A DNA stretch of 64,000 nucleotides from Obrimoposthia wandeli (lineage: Eukaryota). Shown here piece by piece: positions 1 to 12,289 of the stretch (within the stretch, counting starts at the first letter, position 1; each line of letters opens with the position of its first letter). The notes beneath the pieces were generated by a model. The model searched no databases, was not told the DNA's origin, and was given only the letters and a program-made list of their open reading frames with translations. The stretch lies in the NCBI GenBank assembly GCA_977020255.1, contig CDROCS010006906.1, forward strand, positions 1 to 64,000, given 5' to 3'. The position numbers and the translations under genes are program-made.

Positions 1-3000
1 TTACTTATTAATCATAATTTTAATGATTGCAGTCAATAAATTGACTTGTAAACATAATATAATTTGCATATTTTCAATTTAATATATTGTAAGTTATTAC
101 TATAATATTACATTACATAAAAAGTAATTGATAGTTTACTATCGTTTACAATAAATTTATATACATATATTCACTTTAATATGTTGTAAGTTATTACTTT
201 ATTATAATTTCAACAAAAACTAAATAGTTTACTTATTAAACATAAGTTTAATGTTTTGTACAATAAATTGACTTGTAAACATAATTTATTTTGAGAGCAA
301 TTTCAATTTAATATGTTGTGATTATTACTTTAATATAATTTACAACAAAAACTTTAAATAATTTACTTGTAAACTACAATATTTATTTGTTGTTGTATAT
401 ATTCAGTTTAAAATGTTGTAAATTAATACTTATTATAATTTACAACCAAATCTTTAGTATTTACTTATTAATCATAATTTTAATGATTTGATCAATAAAT
501 TGACTTGTAAACATAATATAATTTGCATATTTTCAAATTTAATATATTGTAAGTTATTACTATAATATTACATTACATAAAAATAATGTTGATAGTTTAC
601 TATCGTTTACAATAATTTATGCATATATTCACTTTAATATGTTGTAAGTTATTACTTTATTATAATTTCAACAAAAACTTCAAGTAAGTTTACTTATTAA
701 ACATAAAGTTTGTCTTTGTACAATAAATTGACTTGTAAACATAATTTATTTTGGTATATTTTCAATTTAATATGTTGTAAGTTATTACTTTAATATAATT
801 TACAACAAAAACTTCAAGTAATTTACTTGTAAACTACAATATTTATTTGTTGTTGTATATATTCACTTTAAAATGTTGTAAGTTATTACTTTAATATAAT
901 TTACAACAAAAACTTCAAGTAATTTACTTGTAAACTACAATATTTATTTGTTGTTGTATATATTCAGTTTAAAATGTTGTAAATTAATACTTTAATATAA
1001 TTTTACAACCAAATCTTCAAGTAATTACTTATTAATCATAATTTTAATGATTTGATCAATAAATTGACTTGTAAACATAATATAATTTGCATATTTTCAA
1101 TTTAATATATTGTAAGTTATTACTATAATATTACATTACATATAAAAGTAATTGATAGTTTACTATCGTTTACAATAAATTTATGCATATATTCACTTTA
1201 AATTGTTGTAAGTTATTACTTTATTATAACTTCAACAAAAACTTCAAGTAGTTTACTTATTAAACATAAGTTTAATGTTTTGTACAATAAATTGACTTGT
1301 AAACATAATTTATTTTGATATATTTTCAATTTAATATGTTGTAAGTTATTACTTTAATATAATTTACAACAAAAACTTCAAGTAATTTACTTGTAAACTA
1401 CAATATTTATTTGTTGTTGTATATATTCAGTTTAAAATGTTGTAAGTTAATACTTTAATATAATTTACAACCAAATCTTCAAGTAATTTACTTATTAATC
1501 ATAATTTTAATGATTTGATCAATAAATTGACTTGTAAACATAATATAATTTGCATATTTTCAATTTAATATATTGTAAGTTAATACTGTAATATTTCATT
1601 ACATAAAAAGTAATTCATAGTTTACTATCGTTTACAATAAATTGACTTGTAAACATAATATATTTATGCATATATTCACTTTAAAATGTTGTAAGTTATT
1701 ACTTTAATATAATTTTCAACAAAAACTTCAAGTAGTTTACTTATTAAACATAAGTTTAATGTTTTGTACAATAAATTGTAAACATAATTTATTTTGGTAT
1801 ATTTTCAATTTAATATGTTGTAAGTTATTACTTTAATATAATTTACAACAAAAACTTCAAGTAATTTACTTGTAAACTACAATATTTATTTGTTGTTGCA
1901 TATATTCAGTTTAAAATGTTGTAAGTTAATACTTTAATATAATTTACAACCAAATCTTCAAGTAATTTACTTATTAATCATAATTTTAATGATTTGATCA
2001 ATAAATTGACTTGTAAACATAATATAATTTGCATATTTTCAATTTAATATATTGTAAGTTATTACTATAATATTACATTACATAAAAAAAGTAATTGATA
2101 GTTTACTATCGTTTACAATAAATTGACTTGTAAACATAATATATTTATGCATATATTCACTTTAATATGTTGTAAGTTATTACTTTATTATAATTTTCAA
2201 CAAAAACTTCAAGTAGTTTACTTATTAAACATAAGTTTAATGTTTTGTACAATAAATTGACTTGTAAACATAATATATTTATGCATATATTCACTTTAAA
2301 ATGTTGTAAGTTATTACTTTAATATAATTTTCAACAATAACTTCAAGTAGTTTACTTATTAATCATAATATTAATGATTTGATCAATAAATTGACTTGTA
2401 AACATAATATAATTTGCATATTTTCAATTTAATATATTGTAAGTTAATACTGTAATATTTCATTACATAAAAAAGTAATTCATAGTTTACTATCGTTTAC
2501 AATAAATTGACTTGTAAACATAATATATTTATGCATATATTCACTTTAAAATGTTGTAAGTTATTACTTTAATATAATTTTCAACAAAAACTTCAAGTAG
2601 TTTACTTATTAAACATAAGTTTAATGTTTTGTATAATAAATTGACTTGTAAACATAATTTCTTTTGGTATATTTTCAATTTAATATGTTGTAAGTTATTA
2701 CTTTAATATAATTTACAACCAAATCTTCAAGTAATTTACTTATTAATCATAATTTTAATGATTTGATCAATAAATTGACTTGTAAACATAATATAATTTG
2801 CATATTTTCAATTTAATATATTGTAAGTTATTACTATAATATTACATTACATAAAAAAGTAATTGATAGTTTACTATCGTTTACAATAAATTTATGCATA
2901 TATTCACTTTAAATTGTTGTAAGTTATTACTTTATTATAACTTCAACAAAAACTTCAAGTAGTTTACTTATTAAACATAAGTTTAATGTTTTGTACAATA

Positions 3001-6000
3001 AATTGACTTGTAAACATAATTTATTTTGGTATATTTTCAATTTAATATGTTGTAAGTTATTACTTTTTATATAATTTACAACAAAAACTTCAAGTAATTT
3101 ACTTATTAATCATAATTTTAATGATTTGATCAATAAATTGACTAAACATAATATAATTTGCATATTTTCACCTCATTATATTGTTTAATACTGTAAGTGT
3201 ATACTATCGTTTACAATAAATTGACTTGTAAACATAATATTTTATGCATATATACTTTAAATGTAAGTATTACTTCAACAACTTCAAGTAGTTTACTTAT
3301 TAAACATAAGTTTAATGTTTTGTACAATAAATTGTAAACATAATTTATTTTGGTATATTTTTCAATTTAATATGTTGTAAGTTATTACAATATAATTTTA
3401 CAACAAAAACTTTAAGTAAAAAACTTCAAATATTAACTTGTAAACTACAATATTTATTTGTTGTTGTATATATTCAGTTTAAAATGTTGTAAGTTAATAC
3501 TTTAATATAATTTACAACCAAATCTTCAAGTAATTTACTTATTAATCATAATTTTAATGATTTGATCAATAAATTGACTTGTAAACATAATATAATTTGC
3601 ATATTTTCAATTTAATATATTGTAAGTTAATACTGTAATATTTCATTACATAAAAAGTAATTCATAGTTTACTATCGTTTACAATAAATTGACTTGTAAA
3701 CATAATATATTTATGCATATATTCACTTTAAAATGTTGTAAGTTATTACTTTAATATAATTTTCAACAAAAACTTCAAGTAGTTTACTTATTAAACATAA
3801 GTTTAATGTTTTGTATAATAAATTGACTTGTAAACATAATTTATTTTGGTATATTTTCAATTTAATATGTTGTAAAATATTACTTTAATATAATTTTCAA
3901 CAAAAACTTCAAGTAGTTTACTTATTAAACATAAGTTTAATGTTTTGTACAATAAATTGTAAACATAATTTATTTTGGTATATTTTCAATTTAATATGTT
4001 GTAAGTTATTACTTTAATATAATTTACTACAAAAACTTCAAGTAATTTACTTGTAAACTACAATATTTATTTGTTGTTGCATATATTCAGTTTAAAATGT
4101 TGTAAGTTAATACTTTAATATAATTTACAACCAAATCTTCAAGTAATTTACTTATTAATCATAATTTTAATGATTTGATCAATAAATTGACTTGTAAACA
4201 TAATATAATTTGCATATTTTCAATTTAATATATTGTAAGTTATTACTATAATATTACATTACATAAAAAAGTAATTGATAGTTTACTATCGTTTACAATA
4301 AATTTATGCATATATTCACTTTAATATGTTGTAAGTTATTACTTTATTATAATTTCAACAAAAACTTCAAGTAGTTTACTTATTAAACATAAGTTTAATG
4401 TTTTGTACAATAAATTGACTTGTAAACATAATTTATTTTGGTATATTTTCAATTTAATATGTTGTAAGTTATTACTTTAATATAATTTACAACAAAAACT
4501 TCAAGTAATTTACTTGTAAACTACAATATTTATTTGTTGTTGTATATATTCACTTTAAAATGTTGTAAGTTATTACTTTAATATAATTTACAACAAAAAC
4601 TTCAAGTAATTTACTTGTAAACTACAATATTTATTTGTTGTTGTATATATTCAGTTTAAAATGTTGTAAATTAATACTTTAATATAATTTACAACCAAAT
4701 CTTCAAGTAATTTACTTATTAATCATAATTTTAATGATTTGATCAATAAATTGACTTGTAAACATAATATAATTTGCATATTTTCAATTTAATATATTGT
4801 AAGTTATTACTATAATATTACATTACATAAAAAAGTAATTGATAGTTTACTATCGTTTACAATAAATTTATGCATATATTCACTTTAATATGTTGTAAGT
4901 TATTACTTTATTATAACTTCAACAAAAACTTCAAGTAGTTTACTTATTAAACATAAGTTTAATGTTTTGTACAATAAATTGACTTGTAAACATAATTTAT
5001 TTTGGAATATTTTCAATTTAATATGTTGTAAGTTATTACTTTAATATAATTTACAACAAAAACTTCAAGTAATTTACTTGTAAACTACAATATTTATTTG
5101 TTGTTGTATATATTCAGTTTAAAATGTTGTAAATTAATACTTTAATATAATTTACAACCAAATCTTCAAGTAATTTACTTATTAATCATAATTTTAATGA
5201 TTTGATCAATAAATTGACTTGTAAACATAATATAATTTGCATATTTTCAATTTAATATATTGTAAGTTAATACTGTAATATTTCATTACATAAAAAGTAA
5301 TTCATAGTTTACTATCGTTTACAATAAATTGACTTGTAAACATAATATATTTATGCATATATTCACTTTAAAATGTTGTAAGTTATTACTTTAATATAAT
5401 TTTCAACAAAAACTTCAAGTAGTTTACTTATTAAACATAAGTTTAATGTTTTGTACAATAAATTGTAAACATAATTTATTTTGGTATATTTTCAATTTAA
5501 TATGTTGTAAGTTATTACTTTAATATAATTTACAACAAAAACTTCAAGTAATTTACTTGTAAACTACAATATTTATTTGTTGTTGCATATATTCAGTTTA
5601 AAATGTTGTAAGTTAATACTTTAATATAATTTACAACCAAATCTTCAAGTAATTTACTTATTAATCATAATTTTAATGATTTGATCAATAAATTGACTTG
5701 TAAACATAATATAATTTGCATATTTTCAATTTAATATATTGTAAGTTATTACTATAATATTACATTACATAAAAAAAGTAATTGATAGTTTACTATCGTT
5801 TACAATAAATTGACTTGTAAACATAATATATTTATGCATATATTCACTTTAATATGTTGTAAGTTATTACTTTATTATAATTTTCAACAAAAACTTCAAG
5901 TAGTTTACTTATTAAACATAAGTTTAATGTTTTGTACAATAAATTGACTTGTAAACATAATATATTTATGCATATATTCACTTTAAAATGTTGTAAGTTA

Positions 6001-9000
6001 TTACTTTAATATAATTTTCAACAAAAACTTCAAGTAGTTTACTTATTAATCATAATATTAATGATTTGATCAATAAATTGACTTGTAAACATAATATAAT
6101 TTGCATATTTTCAATTTAATATATTGTAAGTTAATACTGTAATATTTCATTACATAAAAAAGTAATTCATAGTTTACTATCGTTTACAATAAATTGACTT
6201 GTAAACATAATATATTTATGCATATATTCACTTTAAAATGTTGTAAGTTATTACTTTAATATAATTTTCAACAAAAACTTCAAGTAGTTTACTTATTAAA
6301 CATAAGTTTAATGTTTTGTATAATAAATTGACTTGTAAACATAATTTATTTTGGTATATTTTCAATTTAATATGTTGTAAGTTATTACTTTAATATAATT
6401 TACAACAAAAACTTCAAATATTTATTTTGTAATTTACTTGTAAACTACAATATTTATTTGTTGTTGTATATATTCAGTTTAAAATGTTGTAAGTTAATAC
6501 TTTAATATAATTTACAACCAAATCTTCAAGTAATTTACTTATTAATCATAATTTTAATGATTTGATCAATAAATTGACTTGTAAACATAATATAATTTGC
6601 ATATTTTCAATTTAATATATTGTAAGTTATTACTATAATATTACATTACATAAAAAAGTAATTGATAGTTTACTATCGTTTACAATAAATTTATGCATAT
6701 ATTCACTTTAATATGTTGTAAGTTATTACTTTATTATAATTTCAACAAAAACTTCAAGTAGTTTACTTATTAAACATAAGTTTAATGTTTTGTACAATAA
6801 ATTGACTTGTAAACATAATTTATTTTGGTATATTTTCAATTTAATATGTTGTAAGTTATTACTTTAATATAATTTACAACAAAAACTTCAAGTAATTTAC
6901 TTGTAAACTACAATATTTATTTGTTGTTGTATATATTCAGTTTAAAATGTTGTAAGTTAATACTTTAATATAATTTACAACCAAATCTTCAAGTAATTTA
7001 CTTATTAATCATAATTTTAATGATTTGATCAATAAATTGACTTGTAAACATAATATAATTTGCATATTTTCAATTTAATATATTGTAAGTTAATACTATA
7101 ATATTACATTACATAAAAAAGTAATTGATAGTTTACTATCGTTTACAATAAATTTATAATATATTTATGCATATATTCACTTTAATATGTTGTAAGTTAT
7201 TACTTTATTATAATTTCAACAAAAACTTCAAGTAGTTTACTTATTAAACATAAGTTTAATGTTTTGTACAATAAATTGACTTGTAAACATAATTTATTTT
7301 GGTATATTTTCAATTTAATATGTTGTAAGTTATTACTTTAATATAATTTTCAACAAAACTTCAAGTAAACTTCAAGTAATTTACTTGTAAACTACAATAT
7401 TTATTTGTTGTTGTATATATTCAGTTTAAAATGTTGTAAATTAATACTTTAATATAATTTACAACTAAAACTTCAAGTAATTACTTATTAATCATAATTT
7501 TAATGATTTGATCAATAAATTGACTTGTAAACATAATATAATTTGCATATTTTCAATTTAATATATTGTAAGTTATTACTATAATATTACATTACATAAA
7601 AAAGTAATTGATAGTTTACTATCGTTTACAATAAATTGATTTGTAAACATAATATGCATATATTCACTTTAAATTGTTGTAAGTTATTACTTTATTATAA
7701 CTTCAACAAAAACTTCAAGTAGTTTACTTATTAAACATAAGTTTAATGTTTTGTACAATAAATTGACTTGTAAACATAATTTATTTTGGAATATTTTCAA
7801 TTTAATATGTTGTAAGTTATTACTTTAATATAATTTACAACAAAAACTTCAAGTAATTTACTTGTAAACTACAATATTTATTTGTTGTTGTATATATTCA
7901 GTTTAAAATGTTGTAAATTAATACTTTAATATAATTTACAACCAAATCTTCAAGTAATTTACTTATTAATCATAATTTTAATGATTTGATCAATAAATTG
8001 ACTTGTAAACATAATATAATTTGCATATTTTCAATTTAATATATTGTAAGTTAAAAACTGTAATATTTCATTACATAAAAAGTAATTCATAGTTTACTAT
8101 CGTTTACAATAAATTGACTTGTAAACATAATATATTTATGCATATATTCACTTTAAAATGTTGTAAGTTATTACTTTAATATAATTTTCAACAAAAACTT
8201 CAAGTAGTTTACTTATTAAACATAAGTTTAATGTTTTGTACAATAAATTGTAAACATAATTTATTTTGGTATATTTTCAATTTAATATGTTGTAAGTTAT
8301 TACTTTAATATAATTTACTACAAAAACTTCAAGTAATTTACTTGTAAACTACAATATTTATTTGTTGTTGCATATATTCAGTTTAAAATGTTGTAAATTA
8401 ATACTTTAATATAATTTACAACCAAATCTTCAAGTAATTTACTTATTAATCATAATTTTAATGATTTGATCAATAAATTGACTTGTAAACATAATATAAT
8501 TTGCATATTTTCAATTTAATATATTGTAAGTTAATACTGTAATATTTCATTACATAAAAAGTAATTCATAGTTTACTATCGTTTACAATAAATTGACTTG
8601 TAAACATAATATATTTATGCATATATTCACTTTAAAATGTTGTAAGTTATTACTTTAATATAATTTTCAACAAAAACTTCAAGTAGTTTACTTATTAAAC
8701 ATAAGTTTAATGTTTTGTATAATAAATTGACTTGTAAACATAATTTATTTTGGTATATTTTCAATTTAATATGTTGTAAGTTATTACTTTAATATAATTT
8801 ACAACAAAAACTTCAAGTAATTTACTTGTAAACTACAATATTTATTTGTTGTTGTATATATTCAGTTTAAAATGTTGTAAATTAATACTTTAATATAATT
8901 TACAACCAAATCTTCAAGTAATTTACTTATTAATCATAATTTTAATGATTTGATCAATAAATTGACTTGTAAACATAATATAATTTGCATATTTTCAATT

Positions 9001-10571
9001 TAATATATTGTAAGTTATTACTATAATATTACATTACATAAAAAAGTAATTGATAGTTTACTATCGTTTACAATAAATTTATGCATATATTCACTTTAAA
9101 TTGTTGTAAGTTATTACTTTATTATAACTTCAACAAAAACTTCAAGTAGTTTACTTATTAAACATAAGTTTAATGTTTTGTACAATAAATTGACTTGTAA
9201 ACATAATTTATTTTGGAATATTTTCAATTTAATATGTTGTAAGTTATTACTTTAATATAATTTACAACAAAAACTTCAAGTAATTTACTTGTAAACTACA
9301 ATATTTATTTGTTGTTGTATATATTCAGTTTAAAATGTTGTAAATTAATACTTTAATATAATTTACAACCAAATCTTCAAGTAATTTACTTATTAATCAT
9401 AATTTTAATGATTTGATCAATAAATTGACTTGTAAACATAATATAATTTGCATATTTTCAATTTAATATATTGTAAGTTAAAAACTGTAATATTTCATTA
9501 CATAAAAAGTAATTCATAGTTTACTATCGTTTACAATAAATTGACTTGTAAACATAATATATTTATGCATATATTCACTTTAAAATGTTATAAGTTATTA
9601 CTTTAATATAATTTTCAACAAAAACTTCAAGTAGTTTACTTATTAAACATAAGTTTAATGTTTTGTACAATAAATTGTAAACATAATTTATTTTGGTATA
9701 TTTTCAATTTAATATGTTGTAAGTTATTACTTTAATATAATTTACTACAAAAACTTCAAGTAATTTACTTGTAAACTACAATATTTATTTGTTGTTGCAT
9801 ATATTCAGTTTAAAATGTTGTAAGTTAATACTTTAATATAATTTACAACCAAATCTTCAAGTAATTTACTTATTAATCATAATTTTAATGATTTGATCAA
9901 TAAATTGACTTGTAAACATAATATAATTTGCATATTTTCAATTTAATATATTGTAAGTTAATACTGTAATATTTCATTACATAAAAAGTAATTCATAGTT
10001 TACTATCGTTTACAATAAATTGACTTGTAAATATAATATATTTATGCATATATTCACTTTAAAATGTTGTAAGTTATTACTTTAATATAATTTTCAACAA
10101 AAACTTCAAGTAGTTTACTTATTAAACATAAGTTTAATGTTTTGTACAATAAATTGACTTGTAAACATAATTTATTTTGGTATATTTTCAATTTAATATG
10201 TTGTAAGTTATTACTTTAATATAATTTACAACAAAAACTTCAAGTAATTTACTTGTAAACTACAATATTTATTTGTTGTTGTATATATTCAGTTTAAAAT
10301 GTTGTAAGTTAATACTTTAATATAATTTACAACCAAATCTTCAAGTAGTTTACTTATTAATCATAATGTATTAATGATTTGATCAATAAATTGACTTGTA
10401 AACATAATATAATTTGCATATTTTCAATTTAATATATTGTAAGTTATTACTATAATATTACATTATATACATTATAAAAAGTAATTGATAGTTTACTATC
10501 GTTTACAATAAATTGACTTGTAAACATAATATATTTATGCATATATTCACTTTAATATGTTGTAAGTTATT
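1..10571. repeat. AT-rich higher-order satellite array (open at window start)
   Basis: Four related monomers share the core acttgtaaac...tgttgtaagtt.ttact: A ~116 bp (ends gtttactatcgtttac), B ~134 bp (ends aaacataagtttaatgttttgtac), C ~98 bp, D ~137 bp (ends aatcataattttaatgatttgatc). The usual order ABCD gives ~485 bp, with variants of ~385 and 564 bp. The array stops abruptly near 10571. Confidence 0.98.
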
Positions 10572-10627
10572 AGAATTTGTGTTCTTGTATTCAATGATTA
10601 ACTTTTATTAAACTATTATATAACATT

Positions 10628-11225
10628 GACACTCTTATTTTTAAAATTACATTCATTTGCTAAACCCGCTTACTTGTATTGAAATTCATACTATCAATCA
10701 CTTGCTCGTCATACTTGCATTCAATCTAACTATAATTTATTCAACAAAAACTCTATTTTAATTTACTTATAGTCTAAATTACACTTGCATTCAATCAAAC
10801 TATCGACACTCTTATTTTTAAAATTACATTCACTTGCTAAACCCACTTACTTGTATTGAAATTCATACTATCAATCACTTGCTCGTCATACTTGCATTCA
10901 ATCTAACTATAATTTATTCAACAAAAACTCTATTTTAATTTACTTATAGTCTAAATTACACTTGCATTCAATCAAACTATCGACACTCTTATTTTTAAAA
11001 TTACATTCACTTGCTAAACCTACTTACTTGTATTGAAATTCATACTATCAATCACTTGCTCGTCATACTCGCATTCAATCTAACTATAATTTATTCAACA
11101 AAAACTCTATTTTAATTTACTTATAGTCTAAATTACACTTGCATTCAATAAAACTATCGACACTCTTATTTTAAAATTACATTCACTTGCTAAGACTCTT
11201 ACTTGTAAATGACATTCATACTTGC
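10628..11225. repeat. 177-bp tandem repeat, ~3.4 copies
   Basis: gacactcttattt starts at 10628, 10805, 10982 and 11159 (period 177). The first three copies are near-identical; the fourth is partial and diverged. Confidence 0.95.
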
Positions 11226-11560
11226 ATGCATAATTTTATTCATTTACATTCATTCTACCTCTCATTTTATTCAAACTCTCATTCAAATATTCAAATAAAT
11301 TAATATTTTTACTAATTTTCTATTAATTCCGTTGTAACTTAGTCGTTGAAACGAAAAGAATGTATAAAGAATGGACTTTCTTACTTTGTAAATGTTATTC
11401 ACTTAAGTTTGATGATGATATTATGAAATTACATAATAAATGTGTATAATTTTGTATTATTCTCTGACTTCTTTCTTATTTTATTTTTTATTTTAATATA
11501 TAATTGAAGTTATTTAAAGAAATTTTATCATAATTCTATAAATGTGAAAGCCTAGAAAAA

Positions 11561-11724
11561 ACTTTGATCTAAATTTCACATAAAATAGTATGTATGTGAT
11601 TACGTAATGCATTCATTAACTTATAAGAGTGAACTTTAGCCTAAATTTTCACATAGAATAGTGTGTGTATGATTACGTCATACATTCTTAATTGGTAAGT
11701 GTGAACTTTATCCTAAATTTTCAT
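11561..11724. repeat. 72-bp tandem repeat, ~2.3 copies
   Basis: acttt..cctaaattt(t)ca starts at 11561, 11633 and 11705. The full units carry gattacgtaat and gattacgtcat. Confidence 0.85.
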
Positions 11725-11728
11725 TATG

Positions 11729-12096
11729 GACTAGATCACAAAAAAGAAGGGTGGAGACTAAGCCACTTGATCCTTTGAATTAGTGGTTAGCCAAAAATAA
11801 GGGTGGAGACTAGATCACAAAAAAGAATGGTGGAGACTAGATCACTAAAAGAAGGGTGGAGACTAAGCCACTTGACCCTTTGAATTAGTGGTTAACCAAA
11901 AATAAGGGTGGAGACTAGACCACAAAAAGAAGGGTGGAGACTAGATCACTAAAAGAAGGGTGGAGACTAAGCCAATTGACCCTTTCATAGTGATATATCT
12001 CAAAAAGAAGGGTGGAGACTAAGCCACTTGACCCTTTGAATTATGGACAACCATAGATTATAGCCAAAAGAAGGGTGGAGTCTAGATCACTTGACC
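11729..12096 (+). repeat. GA-rich minisatellite with fixed anchor aagggtggagact and 26/52-bp modules
   Basis: Anchor at 11747, 11799, 11826 (aatggt variant), 11852, 11904, 11930, 11956, 12008 and 12071 (gagtct variant). Spacings are 52, 27, 26, 52, 26, 26, 52, 63. Confidence 0.95.
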
Positions 12097-12289
12097 CCTC
12101 CCCTCCCCTCCCCGCCTCCCGCCTCCTCCTAAAGGGTGTCATACCATAAGGGTGTCTTGCCATACCATAAGGGTATATGTTGGGTCACCGAAGGTGAGGC
12201 AACATATACTCTTATGGTGTGGCGAGACATCCTTATGGTATGTCACCCTTTAGGGGGGGGCGGTCAAGTGGTCTAGACTCCATCCTTCT
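12069..12289 (+). other. Nested long inverted repeat (fold-back hairpin)
   Basis: Inner stem 12128-12189 pairs with 12193-12254 (62 bp, 55 Watson-Crick pairs, loop GAA at 12190-12192). Outer stem 12069-12096 pairs with 12262-12289 (28 bp, 26 Watson-Crick pairs). An asymmetric C-rich/G-run bulge separates the two stems. Confidence 0.97.

Noticed and set aside
3120-3450. Locally degenerate, deletion-rich satellite stretch
   Set aside because: Many short deletions clustered in a repeat are as likely to be consensus or read errors as biology; this cannot be judged without reads.
11729-12096. CRISPR-like look of constant anchors with intervening spacers
   Set aside because: The spacers fall into two related classes that repeat rather than being unique, the context is eukaryotic, and there are no cas genes.
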